A stretch of 64,000 nt of DNA from an uncultured bacterium (GCA_913056395.1 CAJXMG010000012.1:8659-72658); one strand, 5' to 3'; numbered from the stretch's first letter, positions 20,710 through 30,975 are shown. The notes: generated by a model from the letters alone, not told the origin. Translations and numbers: made by a program.

Positions 20710-21967
20710 AGACGGGAGTGGATTGAACGCGGGTGACCCCATGTCTCTGAATGTACACGAGATTCAGAAGCACTTTCCTGGCCTGAATCAACAGGTACAC
20801 GGGCACCGTCTTGTCTACCTGGACAGCGCGGCGACCACCCAAAAGCCCGTGGCGGTGATGGAGGCGGTCGACTCGGTCTATCGCCAGGATTGCGCCAATG
20901 TCCACAGGGGAGTTCACACTCTCAGTGAGAGAGCCACCGCCCGATTTGAGGGTGTCCGCAAGGTCGTGGCTGGATTCCTTGGTATCAGTGACAGCCGGGA
21001 AGTGATCTTCACGCGGGGTGTGACCGAATCGATGAACCTGTTGGCCAATACGCTGTGTCATTTGGATTCCGGATTTCAGCCCGGTGACGAAATCCTGATT
21101 TCTTCCCTCGACCACCACGCGAATATCGTGCCCTGGCAGTTGATCAGCGAAAAAATGGGGACGGTTCTGAAGGTGATTCCCTGCGACGATGCAGGAGAGT
21201 TGATTCTCTCTGATCTCGATCAGTGGATCAGCGAGAAAACCCGTGTGGTCTCTGTTGGACACGTTTCCAATGCGATTGGAACGGTCAATGATATCGACAC
21301 CATTTTTGCGGAGGCTCGCAAAGTCGGGGCTATCACAATTCTTGATGCTGCCCAGTCTGCACCTCATATGTCGATCAGTCCCAAGGAAATCGATTGCGAT
21401 TTCCTGACCTTCAGTGGCCACAAAACTTACGGCCCTACGGGTGCCGGCGTTCTATGGGGAAAGAAGGAACTTCTCGACCGGATGCCTCCCTGGCAAGGTG
21501 GGGGGGACATGATCCGGACCGTCTCTTTTGAAGAGAGCAGTTTCGCCGAGACTCCGTGGAAGTTTGAAGCTGGAACTCCGGACATTGCCGCTGTCATCGG
21601 CTTGGGAGCAGCCCTTGAATTTCTCGACTCCATGGGTCGAGACAAGGTGTGCTCCCACGAGACCCGGCTTTTGCAGAAGATCGAATCCGCATTGAAGTCG
21701 ATGGACGGAGTCAATGTGGTGGGAGAGCCCTCACTCAGGGCGTGTTGTGTCTCTTTCACCCTCGACGGGGTGCACCCCCATGATGCCGCGACCATCATGG
21801 ATCAAAACGGGGTGGCGATCAGGGCGGGCCATCATTGTGCAATGCCCCTGATGAAGCGACTGGGATTACCGGCAACGATTCGGGCCTCTGTGGGAATGCA
21901 CAACGATGAGGCGGATGTCGAGGCATTGCTTGAGTCTGTCGAAGCCGTGAGGGAGATCTTCGCATGA
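20693..21967 (+). CDS. sufS: Cysteine desulfurase SufS (group II)
   Basis: YLDSAATTQKP, NVHRG, HHANIVPW, SGHK, RAGHHCA; alternative ATG at 20741. Confidence 0.96.
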   Translation: MNRDPEDGSGLNAGDPMSLNVHEIQKHFPGLNQQVHGHRLVYLDSAATTQKPVAVMEAVDSVYRQDCANVHRGVHTLSERATARFEGVRKVVAGFLGISDSREVIFTRGVTESMNLLANTLCHLDSGFQPGDEILISSLDHHANIVPWQLISEKMGTVLKVIPCDDAGELILSDLDQWISEKTRVVSVGHVSNAIGTVNDIDTIFAEARKVGAITILDAAQSAPHMSISPKEIDCDFLTFSGHKTYGPTGAGVLWGKKELLDRMPPWQGGGDMIRTVSFEESSFAETPWKFEAGTPDIAAVIGLGAALEFLDSMGRDKVCSHETRLLQKIESALKSMDGVNVVGEPSLRACCVSFTLDGVHPHDAATIMDQNGVAIRAGHHCAMPLMKRLGLPATIRASVGMHNDEADVEALLESVEAVREIFA

Positions 21968-22416
21968 GTTCGATGAGGGAACTTTATCAAGAGATGATCA
22001 TCGATCACTCCCGCTCTCCACGAAATCACAAGAAACTGGATCATCCGGACCTTTCCGCACGTGGACACAATCCTCTTTGTGGGGATGAAATCGATTTGGA
22101 AGTGAAGCGTGGGGAAGACGGGGTTCTGTCAGAGATCGGCTTTGAAGCGACCGCCTGTGCTATTTGCACGGCCAGTGCGTCGATTTTGACTGAAACCCTC
22201 AAAGGCAAATCTGAAGAGGATGCGAGGGCGATCTTCCACCGTTTTCACTCCACAGTGACCGGTGAAGTTGAAGACCCTTATCCTTCAGAGCTGATGAAGT
22301 TGGAAGTCTTCACGGGTGTGAAAGATTATCCTTCCCGCGTCAAATGCGCGACCCTGGCCTGGCATACACTGATTCAGGCTCTGGATGAAAATAACGGAGA
22401 GGCCTCCACCGAATGA
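21964..22416 (+). CDS. sufU: SUF-type NifU/SufU sulfur-transfer protein
   Basis: LYQEMIIDH, NPLCGD, CAIC, RVKCATLAW. Confidence 0.94.
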   Translation: MSSMRELYQEMIIDHSRSPRNHKKLDHPDLSARGHNPLCGDEIDLEVKRGEDGVLSEIGFEATACAICTASASILTETLKGKSEEDARAIFHRFHSTVTGEVEDPYPSELMKLEVFTGVKDYPSRVKCATLAWHTLIQALDENNGEASTE

Positions 22417-22799
22417 ACGACACCCCAGATCCACAAGCGACAGATTCTGTGAATGAAGAGGACCTCCGCCCGGCAGGTCTTCAGGCGACCGAAGAGGGGA
22501 GTCTGGAGGATCTGATCGTCAAGGCGATTGAAACTTGCCATGACCCCGAGATCCCCGTCAACATCTACGAACTGGGCCTGATCTATCACATCCGTATCGA
22601 AGAAGATGCCAAGGTGGATATTGAGATGACCCTGACTTCCCCGGCGTGTCCTGTCGCAGGAACGTTGCCGGTGGAGGTTGAGCAGAAGGTCAGTGCAGTG
22701 GAGGGGGTCGACGAGTGCATCGTGGGTGTCGTCTGGGATCCGCCATGGACCAAGGATCGCATGACTGAGGGCGCCAAGCTTCAGTTGGGGATGTTCTGA
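22413..22799 (+). CDS. sufT: SufT / DUF59 Fe-S maturation factor
   Basis: DPEIPVNIYELGLIY, MTLTSPACP, WDPPW. Confidence 0.92.
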   Translation: MNDTPDPQATDSVNEEDLRPAGLQATEEGSLEDLIVKAIETCHDPEIPVNIYELGLIYHIRIEEDAKVDIEMTLTSPACPVAGTLPVEVEQKVSAVEGVDECIVGVVWDPPWTKDRMTEGAKLQLGMF

Positions 22800-23770
22800 T
22801 CCGGGTTCTCCTCCGAGCCTGAAGTCTTTTCCCGCGGCTGGAGTGCATTGAGAAGATGTCTCGCCCGCTCTCCCTCCGGCAAATCAGCCATCATTTTGGC
22901 GACCCGGGTCAATAATCTCGCGCCCAGCATCCGGTCTGTCTTGAGCGCATACTTTGCCTTTCGGATCATCTGAATTCCGCGACCCCGGTAGGGAGCATAG
23001 GCTTGATCCCAGAGGTCAGACATCTCTTGACCGAAGAGTGACAGGTATCGCTTCGCAGCAACCAACTCCTGACAGCCCTTTTCAAAATCTTCATAGCCAC
23101 TGTATTCCCGAGCCCTTTCGAGGTGCTTGAGAAGAAAGCGATATTCTTTTCGAGTGGGCAGAGTGATTTCAGCACGACCAGCAAGGTAGCTGTCCAGAGC
23201 CGCTGCTCCCCTGAAGGGCAAATCCTCCGGGATCGCCCGTGCCTCACCGGTGGCGGGATCGATGGAGAAGATTCGCGGAAGCAGTTTTGGAATCGTCAGG
23301 TTTTTCAGAAGTGGAGTACTTCCCTGATGCGCTTTGCAGTTTTCGCAACCAGCCAGGGGGCAAGAGTCGTTTTGGTCTTCCGTGCTGGAATGGATTTTTC
23401 CGGAAGGGCCCGGGACGCATGCGAGAGCGGGGACTCCATGTTTTTCGAGGGCTTTCAGAAATGCGGAATCGTTGAGGTGTTGTCGTGACCAGGAGGAGGA
23501 GACGGGGTCATCATCCCTGACGATAAGAAGAAGAATCGGAACTTTCCGCTGGAGAGCCTCTGTTTTGGCTTTTTCCATATCCGAACCCGCCCAGTAGCCG
23601 GTAGCGGCTGAGAGGTTCTTCGCTGTGGACTCACCACTCTGTGTTTCCGTGCTCTGTATTTCTTTGCTTTGTGTTTCCTTGTTGGGAAGGGGCCCATCCG
23701 CAACCGAATCGTTGATTCCGTCCGCAAGGGAAAAGCAAAGGGTCATTGTAAGAAGCAAGGGGGTGATCAT
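22781..23770 (-). CDS. Exported hypothetical protein with thioredoxin-like N-terminal domain and Cys/His cluster
   Basis: Signal peptide-like N-terminus; W....EKAKTEA.....PILLLI thioredoxin-like start; H...CPLAGCENCKAH; helical C-terminus. Confidence 0.65.
   Translation of the reverse strand: MITPLLLTMTLCFSLADGINDSVADGPLPNKETQSKEIQSTETQSGESTAKNLSAATGYWAGSDMEKAKTEALQRKVPILLLIVRDDDPVSSSWSRQHLNDSAFLKALEKHGVPALACVPGPSGKIHSSTEDQNDSCPLAGCENCKAHQGSTPLLKNLTIPKLLPRIFSIDPATGEARAIPEDLPFRGAAALDSYLAGRAEITLPTRKEYRFLLKHLERAREYSGYEDFEKGCQELVAAKRYLSLFGQEMSDLWDQAYAPYRGRGIQMIRKAKYALKTDRMLGARLLTRVAKMMADLPEGERARHLLNALQPREKTSGSEENPDQNIPN
23637..23681 (-). repeat. 15-bp degenerate tandem repeat x3 (KETQS/KEIQS/TETQS)
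   Basis: ctctgtgtttccgtg/ctctgtatttctttg/ctttgtgtttccttg on the + strand. Confidence 0.7.
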
Positions 23771-23890
23771 TGGGGGGGACTCCAGTTTTCAATCCCCTGA
23801 TTTTATCACTCACGGGTCATGGAATAGCCCCAACACTTTGCAAGAGTGCCATTCAGGCAAAATTTACAGGATTGATCCGTTTCGGGCTGA

Positions 23891-25126
23891 TCAGGTCAGA
23901 GGTTTGTTCTGCAACGCCTTCAAGAGTGCTCTTGGGTACTTTTGACCGCTGAGGAGTTTGCCGATGACCGTTGAGCGGACGAGCAGATCATAGGTGATCA
24001 GGCCGATTACAGTGGTGGCCGTGAGAGTGAGTCCAAATTTCACGAAGCTGCCCCAATCCCTGTTGGCCAGATAACCGGGAATCCAAATGGTGAAGGGGAG
24101 GTGGATCAGATAGATCCAGTAGGAGGCATCGACGAAATAGCGGACCCCGGGAATCTCTTTTGAAGTCAATTTCGCGAAGAGACCGATGAATCCCCAGATT
24201 GCTTGCCACATCACCATTCCCGCGACGCAGGAAGTCAGAAGTCTCCACATTTCAGAAGTGAAGATCTTCGGGTTCTGCAGCAAGGATCCCCAGACCATGA
24301 AGAGGACTGTTGCCAGTCCCAGACTGAGGAAGATTCGCGGCCATGTTGCGACATGGGTCAGCAGGTCTCTTCGACTCCAGAGTGCCCACCCACAGAGATA
24401 GAGAAATGCGTATGCCAAAAAGCTCGCTTTATCAGGGACTAATTCCACTCCCGGAATCAACAGGCCCGGGAGAAGTGAATCGACGAGAGCCCAACCGAGA
24501 GGAATCGACAGGAGCAGACTGGATCCGGGGATGCCGATCACTCTTGCAATCAGAGTTGAGGGACGGAGCTTCTCCGGAAGCATTTGTGAGAGGGGGCTCA
24601 GAAGATAGGCGAGAACAGAGTAGATCACCAGATAGTAGAGAAACCACAGGTGAATCGTGATGAATGGGGAATAGAAATTGGCCCAATCCGATTCCTGGAT
24701 CATCTTCCAGGCGGCTTCCACTCCGACCTGCTGGGCGACGTTGGCGAACTGAAATCCGGAAACGGTCAGTGGAAGCATCACCGGCAGGAACAGAATCAGC
24801 GGTAATCCCAATCGGGAGAGACGATGGCGATAAAATTGGGAGAGTCCGCGTTTTTCCACCAGAAGTGCACCGAAAAACCCTGCGATATACATGAAGATGG
24901 GCATTCTCCAGGCGTGGATGAAACCGACCAGCAGCGAGAAAACCGGAGAGGTTTGAGAATCCCTGAATCTCCATGCGTCATTGATCGGGGTATCCATGTA
25001 ATTGCATGCGCTGTGAAGGACGAGCCCCAGCAGCATCATCGTCGCCCGCAGACCATCGAGGGAGTGGAGGCGAACCTGTGGGTTTGGTTCTTCAGGGTGG
25101 GTTTCGGCGGACATGCTTCGATCCAA
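23891..25126 (-). CDS. Acyltransferase-3 family membrane protein (OpgC/MdoC-like)
   Basis: LDGLRA..MLLGLVLH, FIHAWRMPIF, HLWFLYYL, SYWIYLIH; about 10 TM helices. Confidence 0.88.
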   Translation of the reverse strand: MDRSMSAETHPEEPNPQVRLHSLDGLRATMMLLGLVLHSACNYMDTPINDAWRFRDSQTSPVFSLLVGFIHAWRMPIFMYIAGFFGALLVEKRGLSQFYRHRLSRLGLPLILFLPVMLPLTVSGFQFANVAQQVGVEAAWKMIQESDWANFYSPFITIHLWFLYYLVIYSVLAYLLSPLSQMLPEKLRPSTLIARVIGIPGSSLLLSIPLGWALVDSLLPGLLIPGVELVPDKASFLAYAFLYLCGWALWSRRDLLTHVATWPRIFLSLGLATVLFMVWGSLLQNPKIFTSEMWRLLTSCVAGMVMWQAIWGFIGLFAKLTSKEIPGVRYFVDASYWIYLIHLPFTIWIPGYLANRDWGSFVKFGLTLTATTVIGLITYDLLVRSTVIGKLLSGQKYPRALLKALQNKPLT

Positions 25127-25142
25127 TCGGATTTTTACCTGA

Positions 25143-27701
25143 TCAGTGTCTAAAGAAGATGGCGCGCATCAGCAGTTCAAAATTGCCATGGGGCCAGGAG
25201 CGGTAATGGGGTCTGAATCCAAACAGGTGAAGGCGGCCATCGCCGACCCTGGAAGTGACCCAGGTACTTGCTCCAGCGATGGTTGCCGTATTCTTGGCAT
25301 ATCCGGAGAGGAGGATTTCACTCCGGGGGTATTCCAGGAGCGAAATCACTTCGGGTTGGTGTTCTTCAGCGGTATCGGCGACGTGCCAGGCCCGGGATCC
25401 GGAGTGGAAGATGGAAACCATTTCGGGAAGCAGGTGGGTCCATGGACCGACTTCCTGTTCGACAGGGAGGGTTCGCAGGATCGACCCGGGACAACTCAGT
25501 GCCGGAAGCTCCTCGGTTCCCTGAGTGGCCTCTACCAGTGGCAGGTTGAACTGATCGATTGCGAAGTCGGTGGATCGCCCACAGCAGATCAATCGGCCGC
25601 CGCGCTGTACAAAACTTTCCAGGTGAATCACACCCTCGGGAGAGAGCCCTCCAGCCAGTTCCGGGAAAACACTCCCCGGCTTGCGACCGTCACGGATCAC
25701 CCGCTCGCTGATATCGGGAATGATCAGCACGTCGATGAAGTCTTCAAGTCGACCGGCACGGATCTGTTCATTTCGGATTCTTTTGAAGGGAATATCGTAG
25801 TGATCGAGAACCCAGCGCAGCCAGCCTTCATCCTTGCTGGCGACGTAGGGGGCATACACACCCACCCGGGGTGGGGCCGCATAGACGTATTTGGCAGAGA
25901 ATTGGGCTACCGAATCCTTCTCAGACTCTGCTCTTTCAGAGCTGACCGTCAGGACTGTGGGTTTTTTACTTACTCCCTGGAGTTTGCGTCCTCCGTGGAG
26001 AATGACCCGTTGATCTTTACCCCAGGCCTTCATGATCTCTCTCACCCATTGGGTACCGTGAAGATCGAGCTGTGTGGCCTTGAAATGGTCTTCTCCCAAC
26101 TGGGCAATGACCTCGGAGTTCTCAGGTGTCCTTGAAAGAGTGGCTGTCAGGACTTTCAGATCATCCGGTTTCTTCATCGCAACATTCATCGACTGAAGAA
26201 TCTCCACCCGTTCGATGCCAAAGAGCAGAGGAAGGGTCCAGCCGGCCACATCGTAAGGAGCGGGCCCATCCGGATAACGCTGAACCTCGAACAGATCCTT
26301 GAGGAACGAGCCGTAGGGTTGTTCTCGCGGAAGAATCAGAGTACCTGCGGAATAGGGGCGACCGTCCCCCTCAAAATCTTCCTGTGCGACAAACATCTCG
26401 ACGCCCTGTGAATCGAGAATCGTCAAAATCCGGCTGACGGCATTGGCATCTCGCTGGCCCGGTTGAATCAGCCAGTAACGGGGGGCTTCATCGCGCCCCT
26501 TCTGAACCACGTCACGGGCAACACGCAGGGAATTTCGAACCCAGGTTTCTGGTTCCCGGGCGACGCTCCCCAGAAGGGATTCACCGAGAGAAGTGGTGTA
26601 GCGGTGAATGTCGCCGACCCGCCACCAGCCTCCGGGCCAGGGAGCTGGAAAACGGTTGGAGGGTGCATATCCCGTTTCGATGCCTCGCGGTGCGATCAGG
26701 TCAGAAGGATCGATCCAGATCGGACTGGCCAGATTTGCGGATGCCGCTTCCGAAAGGATACCGATGATGTTGTGGCGAACAGGAACGTTACGGTTGCCAC
26801 CATTCCACCACATGTCGTAACTGACGCCGCTGGAGATTCCGGTGAAGCCGGCTGCGGTCATGTCGAGCATGGCGCGGGATCCCAATGCACCGATTCCGGA
26901 GATGGTCAGCGGGTGCAGATTGGGATTCAGGGGGTCTCGGAATGGGGGGACAAACATTCGCTCCCGAAGAGAGCCCTGTTGGTGAACATCCCAGTAGATG
27001 GTCGGGAACCACTCCTTGTAGAGCATTCGTGTGACGATTTTGGTTTCTTCGAGAGAGAGGGCAAACCAGTCACGGTTGTTGTCATGGCCTGCATACAGCT
27101 GGTACAGCTCAGGAAGATAGGCGTCTTCGTAAGGAGTTCCCACGATGCGACGATACCAGTTGACGACCCGGTCGAGGCCATCGGGGTTGACCGTGGGTAT
27201 GATGACGGTCACCACTTCATCTCGAACCTGTTTCCATACTTCAGCGTCGGAGGTTCCCAAATCCCATGCCAGAGTCATCGACCACTCTGCGGCGGCGATT
27301 TCTGTCGAGTGCATGTTGCAGGAGACGAAGACGACAGGGACCGCTTCGGTAACCAGTGATTCCGCCATGGCCGGGGACAGTTCGCGGGGGTCGGCCATCG
27401 TTTTGCTGATCTCTTTGATTCGATCCAGATTGGCCAAATTTTCTTTGGACGAGATCACACAGATTCTGACGGGACGACCTTCGGTGGAGGTTCCAACATT
27501 GAGAGTCATCGCTGTCGGAGTGCTTTCCCCAAACTGGTCAAACCAACCGCCGATGGTTTCCCAGCCTGCCAACTCGAAATCGGTTCCGGGTGCCCGTCCC
27601 ATGAATTCGGTAGGGGACTTTGCCTGACCCGGCAGGTTCAGGGGAGCGAGTACCAGCAACAGTAACCAGAAAATCAGTGAATCACGCATATGGCTCATCA
27701 T
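25143..27701 (-). CDS. Exported M14 zinc carboxypeptidase with C-terminal GATase-like domain
   Basis: Signal peptide, HSTE (HxxE), NPDG, DNNRD, DVHQ, PYDVAGWTLP, DEGWLRW. Confidence 0.88.
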   Translation of the reverse strand: MMSHMRDSLIFWLLLLVLAPLNLPGQAKSPTEFMGRAPGTDFELAGWETIGGWFDQFGESTPTAMTLNVGTSTEGRPVRICVISSKENLANLDRIKEISKTMADPRELSPAMAESLVTEAVPVVFVSCNMHSTEIAAAEWSMTLAWDLGTSDAEVWKQVRDEVVTVIIPTVNPDGLDRVVNWYRRIVGTPYEDAYLPELYQLYAGHDNNRDWFALSLEETKIVTRMLYKEWFPTIYWDVHQQGSLRERMFVPPFRDPLNPNLHPLTISGIGALGSRAMLDMTAAGFTGISSGVSYDMWWNGGNRNVPVRHNIIGILSEAASANLASPIWIDPSDLIAPRGIETGYAPSNRFPAPWPGGWWRVGDIHRYTTSLGESLLGSVAREPETWVRNSLRVARDVVQKGRDEAPRYWLIQPGQRDANAVSRILTILDSQGVEMFVAQEDFEGDGRPYSAGTLILPREQPYGSFLKDLFEVQRYPDGPAPYDVAGWTLPLLFGIERVEILQSMNVAMKKPDDLKVLTATLSRTPENSEVIAQLGEDHFKATQLDLHGTQWVREIMKAWGKDQRVILHGGRKLQGVSKKPTVLTVSSERAESEKDSVAQFSAKYVYAAPPRVGVYAPYVASKDEGWLRWVLDHYDIPFKRIRNEQIRAGRLEDFIDVLIIPDISERVIRDGRKPGSVFPELAGGLSPEGVIHLESFVQRGGRLICCGRSTDFAIDQFNLPLVEATQGTEELPALSCPGSILRTLPVEQEVGPWTHLLPEMVSIFHSGSRAWHVADTAEEHQPEVISLLEYPRSEILLSGYAKNTATIAGASTWVTSRVGDGRLHLFGFRPHYRSWPHGNFELLMRAIFFRH

Positions 27702-27742
27702 GGAGGTCCCTCCGGAGAAGTTCTCGAACCGGTTTTGGCCTC

Positions 27743-27770
27743 AGGATGGCACCCAGAAATGCGAATGCAA
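27743..27770 (-). promoter_or_regulatory. Putative promoter of the M14 operon (TTGCAT-N16-CATCCT)
   Basis: Minus strand: TTGCAT 27770-27765, TG-n, CATCCT 27748-27743. Confidence 0.3.
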
Positions 27771-27784
27771 CAGGGCGGCTGACT

Positions 27785-27812
27785 GTGACAAGGGGGTGGC
27801 TCGATGTATGCT
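27785..27812 (+). promoter_or_regulatory. Putative promoter of aroA (GTGACA-N16-TATGCT)
   Basis: GTGACA 27785-27790, TATGCT 27807-27812; ATG begins 7 nt after the -10. Confidence 0.45.
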
Positions 27813-27818
27813 GTAGCC

Positions 27819-29153
27819 ATGGAGAATTCCCTGAAGACCCACGAGTCCTGGCAGGCCCCTGACGACGCCCGATTGACAGGGCAGGTCTCGGTTCAGGGTT
27901 CCAAATCTGTTGCCCAACGGGTCCTTTTCAATGCTTTCTTTGCTTCGGGAGAAAGTCGCATCGTCGGCGCTCCCGAATGCGGCGACTTGAGAGTCTTTTG
28001 TCGGGCTCTGAAGAAGTTGGGGGCGGATCTCAGGCAGGATGAAAATGGGGACTGGATTCTCAAGGGCAATCCCTCCCCATGGTCCGCTGATCAGTCGGTA
28101 GAGGAAATCGAGCTTGATCTGGAGTCGAATGGAACGGCGATGCGTTTCCTGACGGCTCTTTCTGCCTTGAGGCCTGGACAGACTGTGCTCAAGGGAGAAA
28201 CCCATCGCCCCGTGGGACCTCTGGTGGATGCCCTGAAGAAGTTGGGGGCAGACATCGAATTCCTCGGTGAGCCGGGGTATATGCCAGTGAAGGTCAATGG
28301 GGGGGCAATAGAGGGAGGGCGAGTCGTCCTTCAATCTGCCCTGTCGAGTCAATTCGCAAGCGCACTTTTGCTGCTCGCTCCCCATACACGAACAGGGCTT
28401 CAGGTTCGTTTGGTAGGACCGATCTCCTCTCGACCCTACATCGATCTGACTGCGACTGTGCTGAAAGCTTTTGGTGTCCAAACGGAGGTGGGGGCACGGG
28501 ATCTGAAGGTCTCAGCATGTACCCAGCTCAAGAGTGGGAAAATCGTCATTGAAGCGGATGCTTCTGCAGCCGCATTTCCCCTGTGTGGGGCTGCGATCAC
28601 CGGAGGTGAAGTTACAGTGGTCGGGGTTGGCAACAAGACGTTGCAGGGAGACAAGAGAATCGCTTCTCTCCTCAAGGATATGGGTTGTCAGGTAGAGATC
28701 AGTGATTCCTCGATCAGTATTCAGGGTGAACCACGCAGGCCACTTTCCTGTGCCATGGAAGAGGTCCCTGACCTGGTCCCTCCCCTTGCGGTTGTTGCTG
28801 CCTTCAGTCGCGGGGAATCGATTTTTTCCGGCGTGACCCATCTCAAGGTCAAGGAGAGCGATCGTCTGGAGGTCCTCTGTGAAGGCATGAGATCTTTGGG
28901 AATTCGCGCAGAGTGTCAGGGGGATCTGTTGCGAGTTGTGGGAAGTGATGGGGCACATTTGAGTCCTGCAGATCTTGATCCCGCAGGAGATCATCGAATG
29001 GCGATGGCCTTCTCCCTCTTGGCCCTCAAAGTTCCCGGGACCCGGGTTTTGCAACCGGATTGCATCAGCAAATCCGATCCCCTCTTTTTCCAGAGACTGG
29101 AGAGCCTGATTGAGGCCGGGGATCCACAGCCGGGAGAATCAGACTTTGAGTGA
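27819..29153 (+). CDS. aroA: 3-phosphoshikimate 1-carboxyvinyltransferase (EPSP synthase)
   Basis: GSKS, GTAMRFL, SSQFASALL, KESDR, DHRMAM; start could be 27804 or 27819. Confidence 0.93.
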   Translation: MENSLKTHESWQAPDDARLTGQVSVQGSKSVAQRVLFNAFFASGESRIVGAPECGDLRVFCRALKKLGADLRQDENGDWILKGNPSPWSADQSVEEIELDLESNGTAMRFLTALSALRPGQTVLKGETHRPVGPLVDALKKLGADIEFLGEPGYMPVKVNGGAIEGGRVVLQSALSSQFASALLLLAPHTRTGLQVRLVGPISSRPYIDLTATVLKAFGVQTEVGARDLKVSACTQLKSGKIVIEADASAAAFPLCGAAITGGEVTVVGVGNKTLQGDKRIASLLKDMGCQVEISDSSISIQGEPRRPLSCAMEEVPDLVPPLAVVAAFSRGESIFSGVTHLKVKESDRLEVLCEGMRSLGIRAECQGDLLRVVGSDGAHLSPADLDPAGDHRMAMAFSLLALKVPGTRVLQPDCISKSDPLFFQRLESLIEAGDPQPGESDFE

Positions 29154-30975
29154 TCATGACTTTGACGTCATCGTCGTCGGTGGAGGACATGCCGGCTGCG
29201 AGGCCGCTTTCGCCTGTGCCCGAATGGGTTTTGAGACCGCACTGGTCACCCTCAGCGAAAAAACCATCGGTGCCCTTTCCTGCAACCCTGCGATCGGCGG
29301 GGTCGGGAAAGGCCAGTTGACCCGTGAGGTGGATGCACTGGGGGGAGTCCAGGCGTATGTCACCGATCTCGCTGGCCTTCACTATCGCATGCTCAATACA
29401 TCCAAGGGAGAAGCGGTGCGCTCTCTGCGAGCGCAGGTCGACAAGGATTTGTACTCCCAAGAGATGCGCCGGTTGATGGCAAAGCAGGAGCGTTTGCAAG
29501 TGGTCGAGGGATCCGTGGAGGATATTCATCTCGACGGCAACAGGATCGGTGGTGTGCGACTCGAAGACGATTCAGTGATTCGCAGCCGCAAGGTGATCAT
29601 GACCAACGGTACTTTCCTCAGGGCGGTCATGCACATCGGTGAAGAGGTGACATCCGGTGGGCGCGTCGGCGAGGGCGCTGTTGCCGGCTTGACGGGGGCG
29701 CTGGGTACTCTCGGTCTTGAAACCGGACGCCTGAAAACGGGTACTCCGCCCCGTCTCGATCGCAAATCCATCGACTGGAGTCTTCTGACTCCGCAGGTCC
29801 CTGATCAGGAACCGGATGGATTTTGTCACTGGACTCCGCCACCCCGTCGCGAATGGATGGATTGCCATGTCACCCGAACAGATGAGTCTGTTCATGAAGT
29901 GATTCGCGAGCACTTGCATCGGAGTCCGATGTACTCCGGGCAAATTGAAGGGGTGGGGCCGCGCTACTGTCCTTCCATCGAAGACAAGATCGTCCGTTTT
30001 CCCGAGCGTCAGGGGCACACCTTGCATTTGGAGCGGGAAGGCCTCAATACCGACTCCATCTACGTCAACGGGATTTCGACCAGCTTGCCTGCCGATGCAC
30101 AGGAGCAATTGGTGGCGAGAATTCCCGGGCTCGGGTCCGCCCGTTTCCTGCGGCATGGTTATGCGGTCGAGTATGACTTCTTTCCGCCCCATCAGATTCG
30201 CAGAACCTTTGAGTGCCGCGCTCTGGATGGGCTCTATCTTGCAGGACAAATCTGTGGAACCAGCGGTTACGAAGAGGCTGCCGCCCAGGGATTCCTTGCC
30301 GGAGTCAACGCGGCTCTCTCCCTGAAAGGCGAGGCTCCTTTGATTCTGGGCAGGGAAGAAGCCTACATGGGCGTTCTTGCCGATGATCTGGTGCGCTGTG
30401 ACCCCCGGGAGCCGTATCGAATGTTCACTTCGAGAGCGGAATTCCGCCTTCAGCTTCGTCATGACAACGCCGATTTCCGACTGGCCCGAAGGGGTGCAGA
30501 TCTGGGATTGATCAGTCAAGAGCAGGCGGAAGCGGTGGAAGCGGAATCCCTCACAGTTGAGGAGACGGTTCAGCGCTTGCACAAAACTTCCGTGGAGACC
30601 AAGAGCCTTCACGAGATTCTCCGTGCCCCTGGAGCGACCTGGGAAGATGTTGAATCTGTCCGACCGGAAACGAGCGATTGGTCATTGAGTGATTCCCTGA
30701 AGGACCGGGTGCGAATCGCGGTCAGGTACGAGCATTACATCGAGCGACAGCAGGACGAAGTCGAGAGGATGCGCCGACAGGAGCAGTGGCTGATCCCCGA
30801 TGATTTTGACTACGAAGCGATCTCCGGATTGAGGTCCGAGGCGCGTGAGAAGCTGCAAAGATTGCGCCCCGACTCGATTGGCTCAGCACAACGGATCGCC
30901 GGAGTCAGTCCTGCGGATATCTCCTGCCTTTTGGTCGTCTTGCGGACGGGACCCAAGCAGGGAGCGATCGATTGA
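29146..30975 (+). CDS. mnmG: tRNA uridine-5-carboxymethylaminomethyl modification enzyme MnmG (GidA)
   Basis: GGGHAGCEAA, SCNPAIGG, RLKTGTPPR, GPRYCPSIEDK, GYEEAAAQG, EPYRMFTSRAE; TTG start inferred. Confidence 0.97.
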   Translation: MSDHDFDVIVVGGGHAGCEAAFACARMGFETALVTLSEKTIGALSCNPAIGGVGKGQLTREVDALGGVQAYVTDLAGLHYRMLNTSKGEAVRSLRAQVDKDLYSQEMRRLMAKQERLQVVEGSVEDIHLDGNRIGGVRLEDDSVIRSRKVIMTNGTFLRAVMHIGEEVTSGGRVGEGAVAGLTGALGTLGLETGRLKTGTPPRLDRKSIDWSLLTPQVPDQEPDGFCHWTPPPRREWMDCHVTRTDESVHEVIREHLHRSPMYSGQIEGVGPRYCPSIEDKIVRFPERQGHTLHLEREGLNTDSIYVNGISTSLPADAQEQLVARIPGLGSARFLRHGYAVEYDFFPPHQIRRTFECRALDGLYLAGQICGTSGYEEAAAQGFLAGVNAALSLKGEAPLILGREEAYMGVLADDLVRCDPREPYRMFTSRAEFRLQLRHDNADFRLARRGADLGLISQEQAEAVEAESLTVEETVQRLHKTSVETKSLHEILRAPGATWEDVESVRPETSDWSLSDSLKDRVRIAVRYEHYIERQQDEVERMRRQEQWLIPDDFDYEAISGLRSEAREKLQRLRPDSIGSAQRIAGVSPADISCLLVVLRTGPKQGAID

